From the NCBI GenBank assembly GCA_048884965.1, contig JBHLQH010000052.1, positions 1 through 17,564 of the forward strand: 17,564 nt of DNA. Reading direction: 5' to 3'. Source of the DNA: Candidatus Thorarchaeota archaeon (lineage in GTDB: Archaea > Asgardarchaeota > Thorarchaeia > Thorarchaeales > Thorarchaeaceae). Below are positions 1-7,764 of this stretch, piece after piece. Below the pieces are notes generated by a model. That model worked only from the letters and a program-made list of their open reading frames with translations, was not told the origin of the DNA and ran no database searches. Position 1 is the first letter of the stretch, and each line of letters begins with the position of its first letter. The position numbers were made by a program, and so were the translations under genes.

Positions 1-221
1 CAATTCTTCTCATGCATTATAGTCCTATTTCGACAGACACCTATCCCGCATCATTCACTTGGTGGATTTCAGAGGTCTTCGCAAATGTATCCCCAGACTA
101 CATCATCCATGGGCATATACACTATGCAACGAATCCAGAAGCACAAATTGGGTCCACCAAAGTAATGAACGTGGCATATCCTGCGACCAGAAAGATAACA
201 GAGATTAATGTGCCGCTGTAG
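1..221 (+). CDS. Calcineurin-like metallophosphoesterase, C-terminal part (5' truncated by window)
   Basis: Frame is open from the window edge (ILLMHYSP...). It contains the hhhHxxP and IIHGHIH motifs and a final TKVMNVA strand typical of MPP-superfamily C-termini. Confidence 0.8.
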   Translation, partial: ILLMHYSPISTDTYPASFTWWISEVFANVSPDYIIHGHIHYATNPEAQIGSTKVMNVAYPATRKITEINVPL

Positions 222-494
222 CTAGTATCGACTGATCACCCAAGGACTCCATTTTGTGCGAGTCGTACTAGATTCCAGTTCAACCTGCAAACGCATTCGT
301 ATCTGGTATAGTTCCTGGAATCTTGGTACATGTGCATAGTCCGCTAACTCCTTGGCAACCTCGTCAAAGACGCGTATGGGGACATTCTTGAAGCAGCCAA
401 TGACATAGTTCTGATTCTTCTTGCCGAGCAGGAAAGCCCTGAGTATGCCCCTCAGGTAATTGCGCTCTGCAACGGCGACCCGAGTGACTTTCAT
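222..494 (-). CDS. Hypothetical protein, 90 aa, basic/helical
   Basis: ATG start, AT-rich upstream region (500-540), stop abuts the stop of the convergent gene. No family recognised. Confidence 0.55.
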   Translation of the reverse strand: MKVTRVAVAERNYLRGILRAFLLGKKNQNYVIGCFKNVPIRVFDEVAKELADYAHVPRFQELYQIRMRLQVELESSTTRTKWSPWVISRY

Positions 495-591
495 ACCAAT
501 AGAAACTATTCATAATTTTTCTAATAAGTAATAATAGTATCTAGCTGAAGCGATTTTTGCGGTCATAAAGCGGCGCTGATAGCTACTTTTT

Positions 592-645
592 TATACTCAA
601 GTATATCTTATTATACTTGAGTCAAAATTAATTGACGTGAGTATA
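592..645. promoter_or_regulatory. Three tandem 14-bp palindromic operators (probable TetR autoregulatory sites) overlapping a TATA-like box
   Basis: TATACT-CA-AGTATA (592-605), TATACT-TG-AGTCAA (612-625) and TTGACG-TG-AGTATA (632-645), at exactly 20-bp period. TTTTTTATA at 587-595. ATG at 646. Confidence 0.75.
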
Positions 646-1332
646 ATGATAAAGAAGAATGGTAAATCCCCCAAGAAGCGCAGAATGGAACAAGAGCGTA
701 AGATTAGACGTGAAAGTATCATCACTGCCGCTGAGAAGGAATTCATCGAAACAGGCTATGAATCGTCAATGGTAGACCAGATCGCTATTGAGGCGGGATA
801 TACCAAGGCTACAATTTACAATTATTTTGACTCGAAAGAAGATTTGTTGGCCGCAGTAATCGCTCGTACGTATCAGTATCTCTATGATGCATTGGAGAAT
901 TCCTTGAGAGACCTTGGTACTAAATCCCAGCTCAGGACAGTAGGGGACGGATATCTCAAGTTTGCATATGAGTACCCAGGGCAAGCGGCTCTTCTCAATT
1001 CTGGCAGATGTGGTATGATCAGTATGCGCATCCTCGAGAAAAATAACCGAGAGGAGTCATTGACTGAGAGCGAAATCGAATACAAGGAGAAAGAAGGGTT
1101 AGTCGCCGAGCTTATGATGGGAGTCATCTCACAAACCCTGCAAGAGTCAGGATTGGAAGGAAAAGTAGACCCCATGAGAATCATGTTAGCACTCAGCGCT
1201 ATCAATTCTGCAACTCTCGAGCTCATTAGGCGAGGGGCTGTCGGTGGACAACCAAAGGATGTGGTCAAAGAAACACTTTGGGTTCTCTTCAATATAATCG
1301 AACAAGGAGTAAAACACTATGATGAAAAATGA
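646..1332 (+). CDS. TetR/AcrR family transcriptional regulator
   Basis: N-terminal HTH signature IITAAEKEFIETGYESSMVDQIAIEAGYTKATIYNYFDSKEDLL followed by a helical ligand-binding domain. ATG 646 preferred over GTG 637; ATG 685 is an alternative. Confidence 0.95.
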   Translation: MIKKNGKSPKKRRMEQERKIRRESIITAAEKEFIETGYESSMVDQIAIEAGYTKATIYNYFDSKEDLLAAVIARTYQYLYDALENSLRDLGTKSQLRTVGDGYLKFAYEYPGQAALLNSGRCGMISMRILEKNNREESLTESEIEYKEKEGLVAELMMGVISQTLQESGLEGKVDPMRIMLALSAINSATLELIRRGAVGGQPKDVVKETLWVLFNIIEQGVKHYDEK

Positions 1333-1777
1333 AATGACAATTGAGCAACAGAATAAAGACAGTATAAGCATAGTTAGGAGAATCCTTTCAGTCACATGGA
1401 ATTCTTTTGTCTGGGGATTCTTATCAGCACTCGTAATAGGATGCTTCGTATCAGGAGTCTGGACGATAATCCCCACAAGTCTCCTCCCATGGGGATCATC
1501 ACAGCTCAACCTGATAGGATATGTGTCACACTGCTCATTTGCTCCGATTAGCACTTCAATTCTATTTGGAAGTGCACTAATTGGACTGGGCCTTATGCTC
1601 AAAAAGGGTGGAAAGAAGCCAATAGGCGTCACAGTCCTTGGTACCACAGGACTTGGAACTCTCATCGGCATGATTGGCGGATTAGATATCTCGACATTCA
1701 TTGCGATGGGAATTGGCGTAGGGGTCGGAGTGGTTCTAGGAATACTTGTAGGACTACTCTGGAAATCAGGGAGATGA
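1319..1777 (+). CDS. Small glycine-rich membrane protein (about 4 TM) with a GYVSHCSFAPIST loop
   Basis: AAGGAG at 1304-1309; overlaps the TetR stop and the flavodoxin start (ATGA). Hydrophobic segments with GxxxG repeats (GIGVGVGVVLGILVG). Confidence 0.75.
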   Translation: MMKNEMTIEQQNKDSISIVRRILSVTWNSFVWGFLSALVIGCFVSGVWTIIPTSLLPWGSSQLNLIGYVSHCSFAPISTSILFGSALIGLGLMLKKGGKKPIGVTVLGTTGLGTLIGMIGGLDISTFIAMGIGVGVGVVLGILVGLLWKSGR

Positions 1778-2280
1778 ACGGTATGAGAGCTCTAGTACTA
1801 TACCATTCACTCTTTGGAAACACACGTAAGGTCGCGGAAAGTCTAGCAGACGGGATAAGATCCTGCGGTATTGAAACTGACTGCAAGGGAATAGACCAAG
1901 TCAATCTAGAAGGGCTGGTTCAGTTTGATCTACTAGCAATTGGGGGACCAACGCATATGCTCGGTCTTTCTAAGGACATGAAGGCATTCCTAGATGGATT
2001 GAAAGCAACCGATCTTCACGGTAAGTATGCATTCTGCTTCGACACTAGAAACGAAACCGGGATGAACAAGGCAAGCTACTTTGTACTCGAGAACAGTGCT
2101 GCAAGAAGAATTGAGGGGATGGTCAAACGCATGAAGATGCAGATCATCAGACCTCGCAAGTCAGCACTTGTTAACAAGAGAGAAGGACCTCTCTATCCGA
2201 ATGTTGAGGAACAATTCGTGATGATTGGCAAGGAAATCGGTAACCTCCTTACTACTCAGCAAAAGTCTGCGAGTGTGTGA
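1774..2280 (+). CDS. Flavodoxin-like protein
   Basis: FMN phosphate loop LVLYHSLFGNTRKVAE, DLLAIGGPTH, and GKYAFCFDTR. ATGA translational coupling. Confidence 0.9.
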   Translation: MNGMRALVLYHSLFGNTRKVAESLADGIRSCGIETDCKGIDQVNLEGLVQFDLLAIGGPTHMLGLSKDMKAFLDGLKATDLHGKYAFCFDTRNETGMNKASYFVLENSAARRIEGMVKRMKMQIIRPRKSALVNKREGPLYPNVEEQFVMIGKEIGNLLTTQQKSASV

Positions 2281-2283
2281 TCA

Positions 2284-2994
2284 ATGAAGGTTAGAGAAGC
2301 ACTATCAGAGTATCCACTCGAATTCGCGATATACTCACTGATATCGTTAGTTATTTGCGTTTTCACAGGTATAGTGTACTTCTCTAATCCAACTGTTTTC
2401 ATTCGGTTCATCGGTGACGTCAACCCGCTCCTGCTGATTCCGGTTCTAGCAATGGCAGGATTCGGCATCATTCTATTCTTCTTTGATCGCGGATGGTTTC
2501 GCATCTTCAAGCGAGAGAATCTCAGAGGTTGTCTTCCTACATTCATTGTCGCCATCATACTGGCATTTGCGATGATAACTGTGGACCTGGTATCTCCATT
2601 TCCGGAGGATACGAATGTTCAATTTCCCCTATCTCTCATATTCTATCCAATAATGGGATATATCGTTGAGATACTATTCCACCTAGCACCACTTGCACTG
2701 ATTCTCGCAATTGCAAGTTCATTATTCAAACAAGTAGAACAAAGGAAGATTCTATGGGTTGGTCTAATCGCAGTAGCCCTGTTGGAGCCCATCTATCAGA
2801 TGAGTTGGGGAATAGCAGCAACGCAACCCATCTGGCAAATCGCCTATACAGGAATCCATGTCTTCATGATCAATTTCATGGAACTACATAATTTCAAGAG
2901 ATACGATTTCGTATCGATGTATTCCTTCAGATTGGTATACTACCTCTTCTGGCATATAATTTGGGGGCTCCTGCGGTTGAGCATTCTATTCTAG
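2284..2994 (+). CDS. Multi-pass membrane protein, probable degenerate CPBP/Abi (CAAX protease type II-like) fold
   Basis: About 7 hydrophobic segments. YPIMGYIVEILFHL aligns by eye to the CPBP EExxFR motif, and FKRYDFVSMYSFRLVYYLFWH to the terminal motif, but the catalytic residues are altered. Confidence 0.55.
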   Translation: MKVREALSEYPLEFAIYSLISLVICVFTGIVYFSNPTVFIRFIGDVNPLLLIPVLAMAGFGIILFFFDRGWFRIFKRENLRGCLPTFIVAIILAFAMITVDLVSPFPEDTNVQFPLSLIFYPIMGYIVEILFHLAPLALILAIASSLFKQVEQRKILWVGLIAVALLEPIYQMSWGIAATQPIWQIAYTGIHVFMINFMELHNFKRYDFVSMYSFRLVYYLFWHIIWGLLRLSILF

Positions 2995-3053
2995 TGCTTG
3001 CGTCAATTGCTTCTCTTTTAATGAACCTCTCCACAGAATGAGCAGGTGTTCGT

Positions 3054-4091
3054 ATGACTTCAACACGGAACAAGATGATATTTGGAGCTTTCATTGCTTT
3101 TCTCATCGTGGCCGGGATATTATTGCCCTTGGTGTTGCAACCTTCCTCAGAACAAAGGGAGTTCCAGTTGGAGATCCTCAGCGAGTTTGAAACCTCTGGA
3201 TTCACCTTGGGCGTGGTCATCGAAAGTGACATCGCTTATCTTACTGTATCTCAAGATGGTGCCGCAGGAAAGCTTGTAATTGTCGACGTTAGCGACCCTT
3301 CGGATCCTGTAGAACTTGGCTCATTTTCTGGGATGAGCTACCCTGCCCAGCTTGACGTCAGTGAGGGTGTCGTCTATGTGGCGGATCGATTTGGTTCGTT
3401 GTTCATCATCAATGCGAGTGACCCTTCGAATCCGGAACAGATTGGAGAGTATGTAGGTAGTGGTGAAACCTACGACGTTCAGGTAGTTGGTGATATAGCC
3501 TATGTTGCGGATTGGACTGAGGGACTTCAGATTCTGAATGTCAGTGATCCATCAAACCCGGAACTGATTGAAGAATATCTCATCTCTGGCGCATGCACTC
3601 ATCTTCATGTCGATGATGGCATTGCATATCTAATCGATCATAGAAATGAGAATACAGGCCTGAAAGTCGTTGATGTGAACGATCCTACGAATCCAAGGTT
3701 AATCGATTCCTACATGCCTGATGACGAGCTATGGAATCCGAACGTGTTTGGAAACTACATCTATTGTGGAAACCATGAGATTGGGGGAGGAGAGCTCATC
3801 ATACTTGACAAGAGCGATCCAACTAATGTTTCGGAGATTGGACAATATAACTTTGGAAGTGTCGTCAATTCCATTTTCGTTGCTGATAATGTTGCATATG
3901 CTGTAGGCTTTGAAGTGGGTCTGATGTTGATTGATGTAGCGGATCCTCACAATCCTATTCCAATTACGAGCTTGTTTGGTGTTGGATTGGGACGAGATGT
4001 CATTGTTGTAGATGATATTGTCTATCTCACTACAGACGATGGGTATCTTATCATCATTCAGCAAACGGAAGTCTTCAATTCTTCTCATTGA
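3054..4091 (+). CDS. N-terminally anchored LVIVD-repeat beta-propeller protein
   Basis: N-terminal TM/signal and seven ~42-aa repeats (AYVAD..GL.I.DVSDPSNP), including a literal LVIVDVSDP. AGGTG RBS at 3044-3048; TTTTAA at 3016-3021. Confidence 0.9.
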   Translation: MTSTRNKMIFGAFIAFLIVAGILLPLVLQPSSEQREFQLEILSEFETSGFTLGVVIESDIAYLTVSQDGAAGKLVIVDVSDPSDPVELGSFSGMSYPAQLDVSEGVVYVADRFGSLFIINASDPSNPEQIGEYVGSGETYDVQVVGDIAYVADWTEGLQILNVSDPSNPELIEEYLISGACTHLHVDDGIAYLIDHRNENTGLKVVDVNDPTNPRLIDSYMPDDELWNPNVFGNYIYCGNHEIGGGELIILDKSDPTNVSEIGQYNFGSVVNSIFVADNVAYAVGFEVGLMLIDVADPHNPIPITSLFGVGLGRDVIVVDDIVYLTTDDGYLIIIQQTEVFNSSH

Positions 4092-4204
4092 GTCTGTGTC
4101 TTTCGCAACCATCGTACTTCCCCTCCTTCTGGAACAAGATAGATAACAGCAAATCCAACAGCCTGATTAGTTGGGATGTGTCTAAGGAACTAGGTGAAGG
4201 AGCA

Positions 4205-5089
4205 ATGCATCTGAAAGGTTTAGAGAAGCTTAGAGAGAAGCTACCAGACTACCCGGGAAATCGAATCGCAATGCTTCCCTTGCGAGGATTGCTTGCTACA
4301 GTAGTTGGATACCTGTTCCTCATAGTCCTGGATAGCCTTCCACGCCTATTCAATGGTATCGAAATTCTAGTGTTTCTTGAGCCATTCATCCCACTATTAG
4401 GGAGCCTGTTCTTGGCATGTCTCGCATTTTGGCTGATTGGGCGACTATGGAGCCAACGAGACTCGATGAAGGAAAAGTATGGAGACCGTGCATATCAGAG
4501 GATGATCATGAAAGGTGTGACAGGAGTGTTTCTGATACCTCCACTTGTATTCCATGCTGCAACATCCATCCGTTCGCTGAATTTGACTATCCCGCCCATA
4601 CCTCCAGTGAATGAACTCAGTATCCTCTGGTCACAGTCGATCTTACCAATGCTTGGAGTGCCTTCAGAGGTCGATATTGTCATCCGAGTCCTTCTATCTG
4701 GATTCTTCTTGCTTCTAGGAGGTCTCACGGTACGAGCTGCACTATTTACCTTCGGGATAGATTACATGACCGTGGTGTACCTCTATTACCCAGAGGAGTC
4801 CGAGATCCAGAACCATGAGATCTATTCCATCGTTCGCCATCCAGCGTATATGGGAGGTGTGCTATTGACTGTCGCAGCTATAGTGTTCCGATTCTCGATC
4901 TACTCGATGATCCTTGGCTTCATAGCATATCTTGTATTCAAGTTGCAAACATTCAGAGAAGAGAAGGAACTCATCGAGCGCTTTGGAGATTCCTTCAGAG
5001 AGTACATGAGTAGGACGACCGCTCTCTATGTCAAGCCAAAAGAGATCCCTACGTACATTAGATTCCTCAAAGGCTCTCATGGTCAGTGA
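4205..5089 (+). CDS. Isoprenylcysteine carboxyl methyltransferase / PEMT-family integral membrane methyltransferase
   Basis: IYSIVRHPAYMG and REEKELIERFGDSFREYMSRT motifs plus multiple TM segments. ATG 4205 is preceded by AGGTGAAGGAG and preferred over TTG 4088. Confidence 0.88.
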   Translation: MHLKGLEKLREKLPDYPGNRIAMLPLRGLLATVVGYLFLIVLDSLPRLFNGIEILVFLEPFIPLLGSLFLACLAFWLIGRLWSQRDSMKEKYGDRAYQRMIMKGVTGVFLIPPLVFHAATSIRSLNLTIPPIPPVNELSILWSQSILPMLGVPSEVDIVIRVLLSGFFLLLGGLTVRAALFTFGIDYMTVVYLYYPEESEIQNHEIYSIVRHPAYMGGVLLTVAAIVFRFSIYSMILGFIAYLVFKLQTFREEKELIERFGDSFREYMSRTTALYVKPKEIPTYIRFLKGSHGQ

Positions 5090-5116
5090 GATAGCTCCAG
5101 CTTTTTGGGATATTCA

Positions 5117-5914
5117 TCAGGAAAGGAGCCAAAGGCACATCTTCAACATAAAGTCCCATTCTGAATCTGGATCATCTAATGTGTCATAATAGTCCGTGTT
5201 ATCTCGAAGTGAGCCCTCCTCATACTCAGGATGTGGGCTTGAGAGGAAAACCTTGCCATCACCATAGTGAAGTGCGAGTGTACACGGATAGCCAGTATCC
5301 TGATAGGTGCAAATGACAGATACTCCTGTCATATTCTCGGCTTGAAAATACCCAGAATCCTCATAGAACATAGTATAGGTTGCGGGTTGCTCCGAGAGAG
5401 CGGGATCTATAGAATCTTGGTTCACATCAAGCTCTAGGAGAAAATTACCTGTCCCATTTGCATCCGCAATGAAGTCACCATGGAAAAGGTCTAGCCTCCA
5501 TTCTGTCGCGTAGATAGCTCCTCCGTCAATACCAAGATAAGCGCCTCCGTCAGATATGAAGTCCCGAATTATCTCAAAATCAGACTGCTCTAGCACCTGA
5601 CATCGTTCATCACAATAGCAGCCACCGGGCATCACCAGCATATCAAACATCGAGAGACTGCCATTATGTATGTGGTCCTCATTGATCACTGATACAGTTG
5701 CTCCCGTCCATTCCAACATCGCAATGCAGGCATCACGACTTGCTGCAGTTACCCCGCGATCAAAGTAGACCGCTACGAAATACCCATTGAGAACATCCAA
5801 GTTCGACTCGCTGAGATTGTTAAGATATGCTACTACTAAGACGGATGAAGATATTAGACCAGCAAGAACTACTACAGCTATAACCGTCTTCTTACGTGAT
5901 AGACCTACATTCAA
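5117..5914 (-). CDS. Membrane-anchored BPL_N (biotin-protein-ligase N-terminal)/class-I GATase-like domain protein
   Basis: N-terminal TM; DMLVMPGG, IRDFISDGGAYLGIDGGA, and YGDGKVFLSSPHPE motifs. No ligase catalytic domain. TTG start uncertain. Confidence 0.8.
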   Translation of the reverse strand: MNVGLSRKKTVIAVVVLAGLISSSVLVVAYLNNLSESNLDVLNGYFVAVYFDRGVTAASRDACIAMLEWTGATVSVINEDHIHNGSLSMFDMLVMPGGCYCDERCQVLEQSDFEIIRDFISDGGAYLGIDGGAIYATEWRLDLFHGDFIADANGTGNFLLELDVNQDSIDPALSEQPATYTMFYEDSGYFQAENMTGVSVICTYQDTGYPCTLALHYGDGKVFLSSPHPEYEEGSLRDNTDYYDTLDDPDSEWDFMLKMCLWLLS

Positions 5915-6012
5915 AATTCCAACGCCCCTGATATTCCAATTATCCTTCGAATTCGTGTTGTATAAGCGTTCTTCTCAAAGCAAGAAGCATCTTCTATTAA
6001 TCGGATAGGAGT

Positions 6013-6034
6013 GATGAGGTCCGAAGACCCCATC
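6013..6034 (-). other. cUUCGg tetraloop RNA hairpin
   Basis: Minus strand reads GAUGGGGUC-UUCG-GACCUCAUC: a 9-bp stem with one G-U pair that works only on the minus strand. Confidence 0.55.
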
Positions 6035-6085
6035 GAGAGAAAGAGGAATAATGAGAATCAAGAATATCCAGTATACATTACTTTA

Positions 6086-6105
6086 TAACTTTATGCATAA
6101 TGTTA
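6086..6105. promoter_or_regulatory. 20-bp imperfect palindrome in the divergent BPL_N/ParA intergenic region
   Basis: TAACTTTATGCATAATGTTA: 9 of 10 pairs match, with a perfect core TTATGCATAA. Confidence 0.45.
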
Positions 6106-6226
6106 ATTGCATGCTTGATGGCGGGGATGTGGTCGTAATCTTGAGGAAGGATGAATCCAAGGGTCTCCTGCAATCTGTGATAATCTTTAAGACTGCAGAA
6201 TCACTCAGGAAAGCAAGGGATTCGTA

Positions 6227-7012
6227 ATGTCAACAACGACCATTCACAGCTTTAAGGGAGGAACTGGTAAATCACTAGTTGCAGCGGTGCTAGGGTATTA
6301 CCTCAGCAAACAAGGAAAAAAGGTCCTCCTTATTGATGGCGACTACTACGCCCCTTGCTTTGATACCTTTTTCCCTCAAAAGAAAGACCCACAGCCCTTC
6401 ACATCCTATTTGGCTGGTAAAGCCACCTTCAAGGACGTTGTCCACGAATCTCAATATGATGACCTCTATGTCAGCTACGCACCTACACCAGATTTTAGTC
6501 AGGAGATCCTGCAAGCGGATGCGAAGACTCATGGAAAGTACCTGAAGCAAATCCTTGCAGGGATAAAGACAGCAAAGAGTGAGATGGGATTCGATGAGAT
6601 AGTTATCGATAACTCCAGCGGTATCTCACTTGCTGCAATCAATTTTCTTTCCTGTAGCACTCGCTCAGTCCTAGTCATACGTCCTGTTCGCTATGGAGTC
6701 GAGTCGACCTTCAATATCATCAATGCTATATACCGGAAGCTCAAGTACTCAGGTGCAGGTTCAGTTCGAAAGGATTTCCTCCTTTGGAATCAAGTGCCTA
6801 TCCAAGACGGTACTGTGCTTGAGCCGAGAATCAAGAAGTATTTGGACTACTGGACGCAGAAGTTCGTCGAGGCGGATATTGCGCCAGGACCAACCATCCC
6901 GTACATCTTCGATGTGGTCGCGAGTATGATAGCCGAGAGCACATTGGATCTACCAAAGCTCACTGGGTTCGTTGAGAATCACATTCAGCAGTTGGCAGCA
7001 TTATTGGTCTGA
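6227..7012 (+). CDS. ParA/MinD family (SIMIBI) ATPase
   Basis: Deviant Walker A IHSFKGGTGKS with signature Lys, switch I VLLIDGD, Walker B IVIDNSSG, and LLWNQVP. TTTAAG box at 6186-6191. Confidence 0.92.
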   Translation: MSTTTIHSFKGGTGKSLVAAVLGYYLSKQGKKVLLIDGDYYAPCFDTFFPQKKDPQPFTSYLAGKATFKDVVHESQYDDLYVSYAPTPDFSQEILQADAKTHGKYLKQILAGIKTAKSEMGFDEIVIDNSSGISLAAINFLSCSTRSVLVIRPVRYGVESTFNIINAIYRKLKYSGAGSVRKDFLLWNQVPIQDGTVLEPRIKKYLDYWTQKFVEADIAPGPTIPYIFDVVASMIAESTLDLPKLTGFVENHIQQLAALLV

Positions 7013-7027
7013 AAGATGCGTTCACCA

Positions 7028-7699
7028 TTACTTGTTCCGTGGAAAGAAAAAGTCATCATCCAGAGTCTTCTTGTACTCTATCAATACCCGGCGAAGTAGG
7101 GTTTGTATGGCTTCGTTAAGGGCAGACTCGATCTCTTTTGCGGACATACCTTTCCAGGGCTTCTCCCCACTCTCCTTCAGCTCAAGAAGTGTTCTTAGAA
7201 GAGCGGACTTACTTATCCCATCTGAGGAAGCCTTTAGGATTGTCTGGGCTACTGGAGTAGTTGTATCGGGAAGGCTCATCAGGACAGGAAGGTCCTCGAG
7301 CGCCTCATCCCTGTTGGTTACTGAATAGAACTTTCCATTAAAGGGCTTTAGACCAAGCTCGGTGCCTCGTTGCCAGAAGATCAGATTCGATTCCTCTAGC
7401 TTTGAGAGGTGATCATAGACCGTTGGTTGCTCAAGGTCTCTGATGCGGGCGAGATTCTTTGCGACTACACCGTGACCATGTTCCTTCTCATACTCGCCAA
7501 TGGTCTCGAGAGTCTTCATCAACACTCTGGAGTAGATAAGGGGATTCTCACCATCCACTGAGAACTTATGTTCGACTGCTTGCTCCAAGGAGGCTATCCG
7601 ACCCTCAAAGCTCTTCATCGCATTTTGAATGGACTTGAGTTGCTTCTGGATACCAGCTAGAGCGTTGAAAATCTCTGAGTCTTTGCTCCCATCTGGCAT
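7028..7699 (-). CDS. Coiled-coil + tandem winged-helix protein (putative DNA-binding)
   Basis: Heptad N-terminus (LAGIQKQLKSIQNAMKSFEGRIASLEQAV); wHTH AKNLARIRDLEQPTVYDHLSKLEESNLI; second WH-like unit ISKSALLRTL...LNEAIQTLLRRVLIEYK...FFF. Confidence 0.75.
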   Translation of the reverse strand: MPDGSKDSEIFNALAGIQKQLKSIQNAMKSFEGRIASLEQAVEHKFSVDGENPLIYSRVLMKTLETIGEYEKEHGHGVVAKNLARIRDLEQPTVYDHLSKLEESNLIFWQRGTELGLKPFNGKFYSVTNRDEALEDLPVLMSLPDTTTPVAQTILKASSDGISKSALLRTLLELKESGEKPWKGMSAKEIESALNEAIQTLLRRVLIEYKKTLDDDFFFPRNK

Positions 7700-7720
7700 A
7701 CCGTATTATAGGGTGATGTT

Positions 7721-7735
7721 CGATATAATCTTATT
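7721..7735 (-). promoter_or_regulatory. Archaeal BRE/TATA-like promoter for a probably leaderless transcript
   Basis: Minus strand AATAAGA-TTATATCG, with TTATAT ending about 24 bp before ATG 7699 and no RBS. Confidence 0.5.
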
Positions 7736-7764
7736 GCTTTAGCGGGAGAACCATAAAGTCGAAG

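Noticed and set aside
5117-5914. Biotin-protein ligase (birA)
   Set aside because: Only the GATase-like BPL_N domain is present; no GRGR or KWPND ligase motifs.
6011-6042. Hammerhead ribozyme-like GTGATGAG-stem-GAAA, or C/D box RNA (RTGATGA)
   Set aside because: Core lacks the C of CUGAUGA, GAAA does not directly follow stem II, and no properly spaced CUGA D box exists. The sequence is better explained as a minus-strand UUCG hairpin.
6061-6112. Replication origin (AT-rich patch next to ParA)
   Set aside because: No ORB-like repeats or G-strings and no cdc6/orc1 in the window.
6227-7012. Calling the ATPase minD, soj or mrp
   Set aside because: No MinD terminal membrane helix, no Mrp CxxC, and no diagnostic partner. 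Only family-level assignment is supported.
7028-7699. ESCRT-II Vps22/Vps25 homologue (coiled coil + tandem WH)
   Set aside because: No recognisable Vps22/25 motifs, the first WH has a typical DNA-binding recognition helix, and there are no ESCRT neighbours. Only a structure search could revive this.
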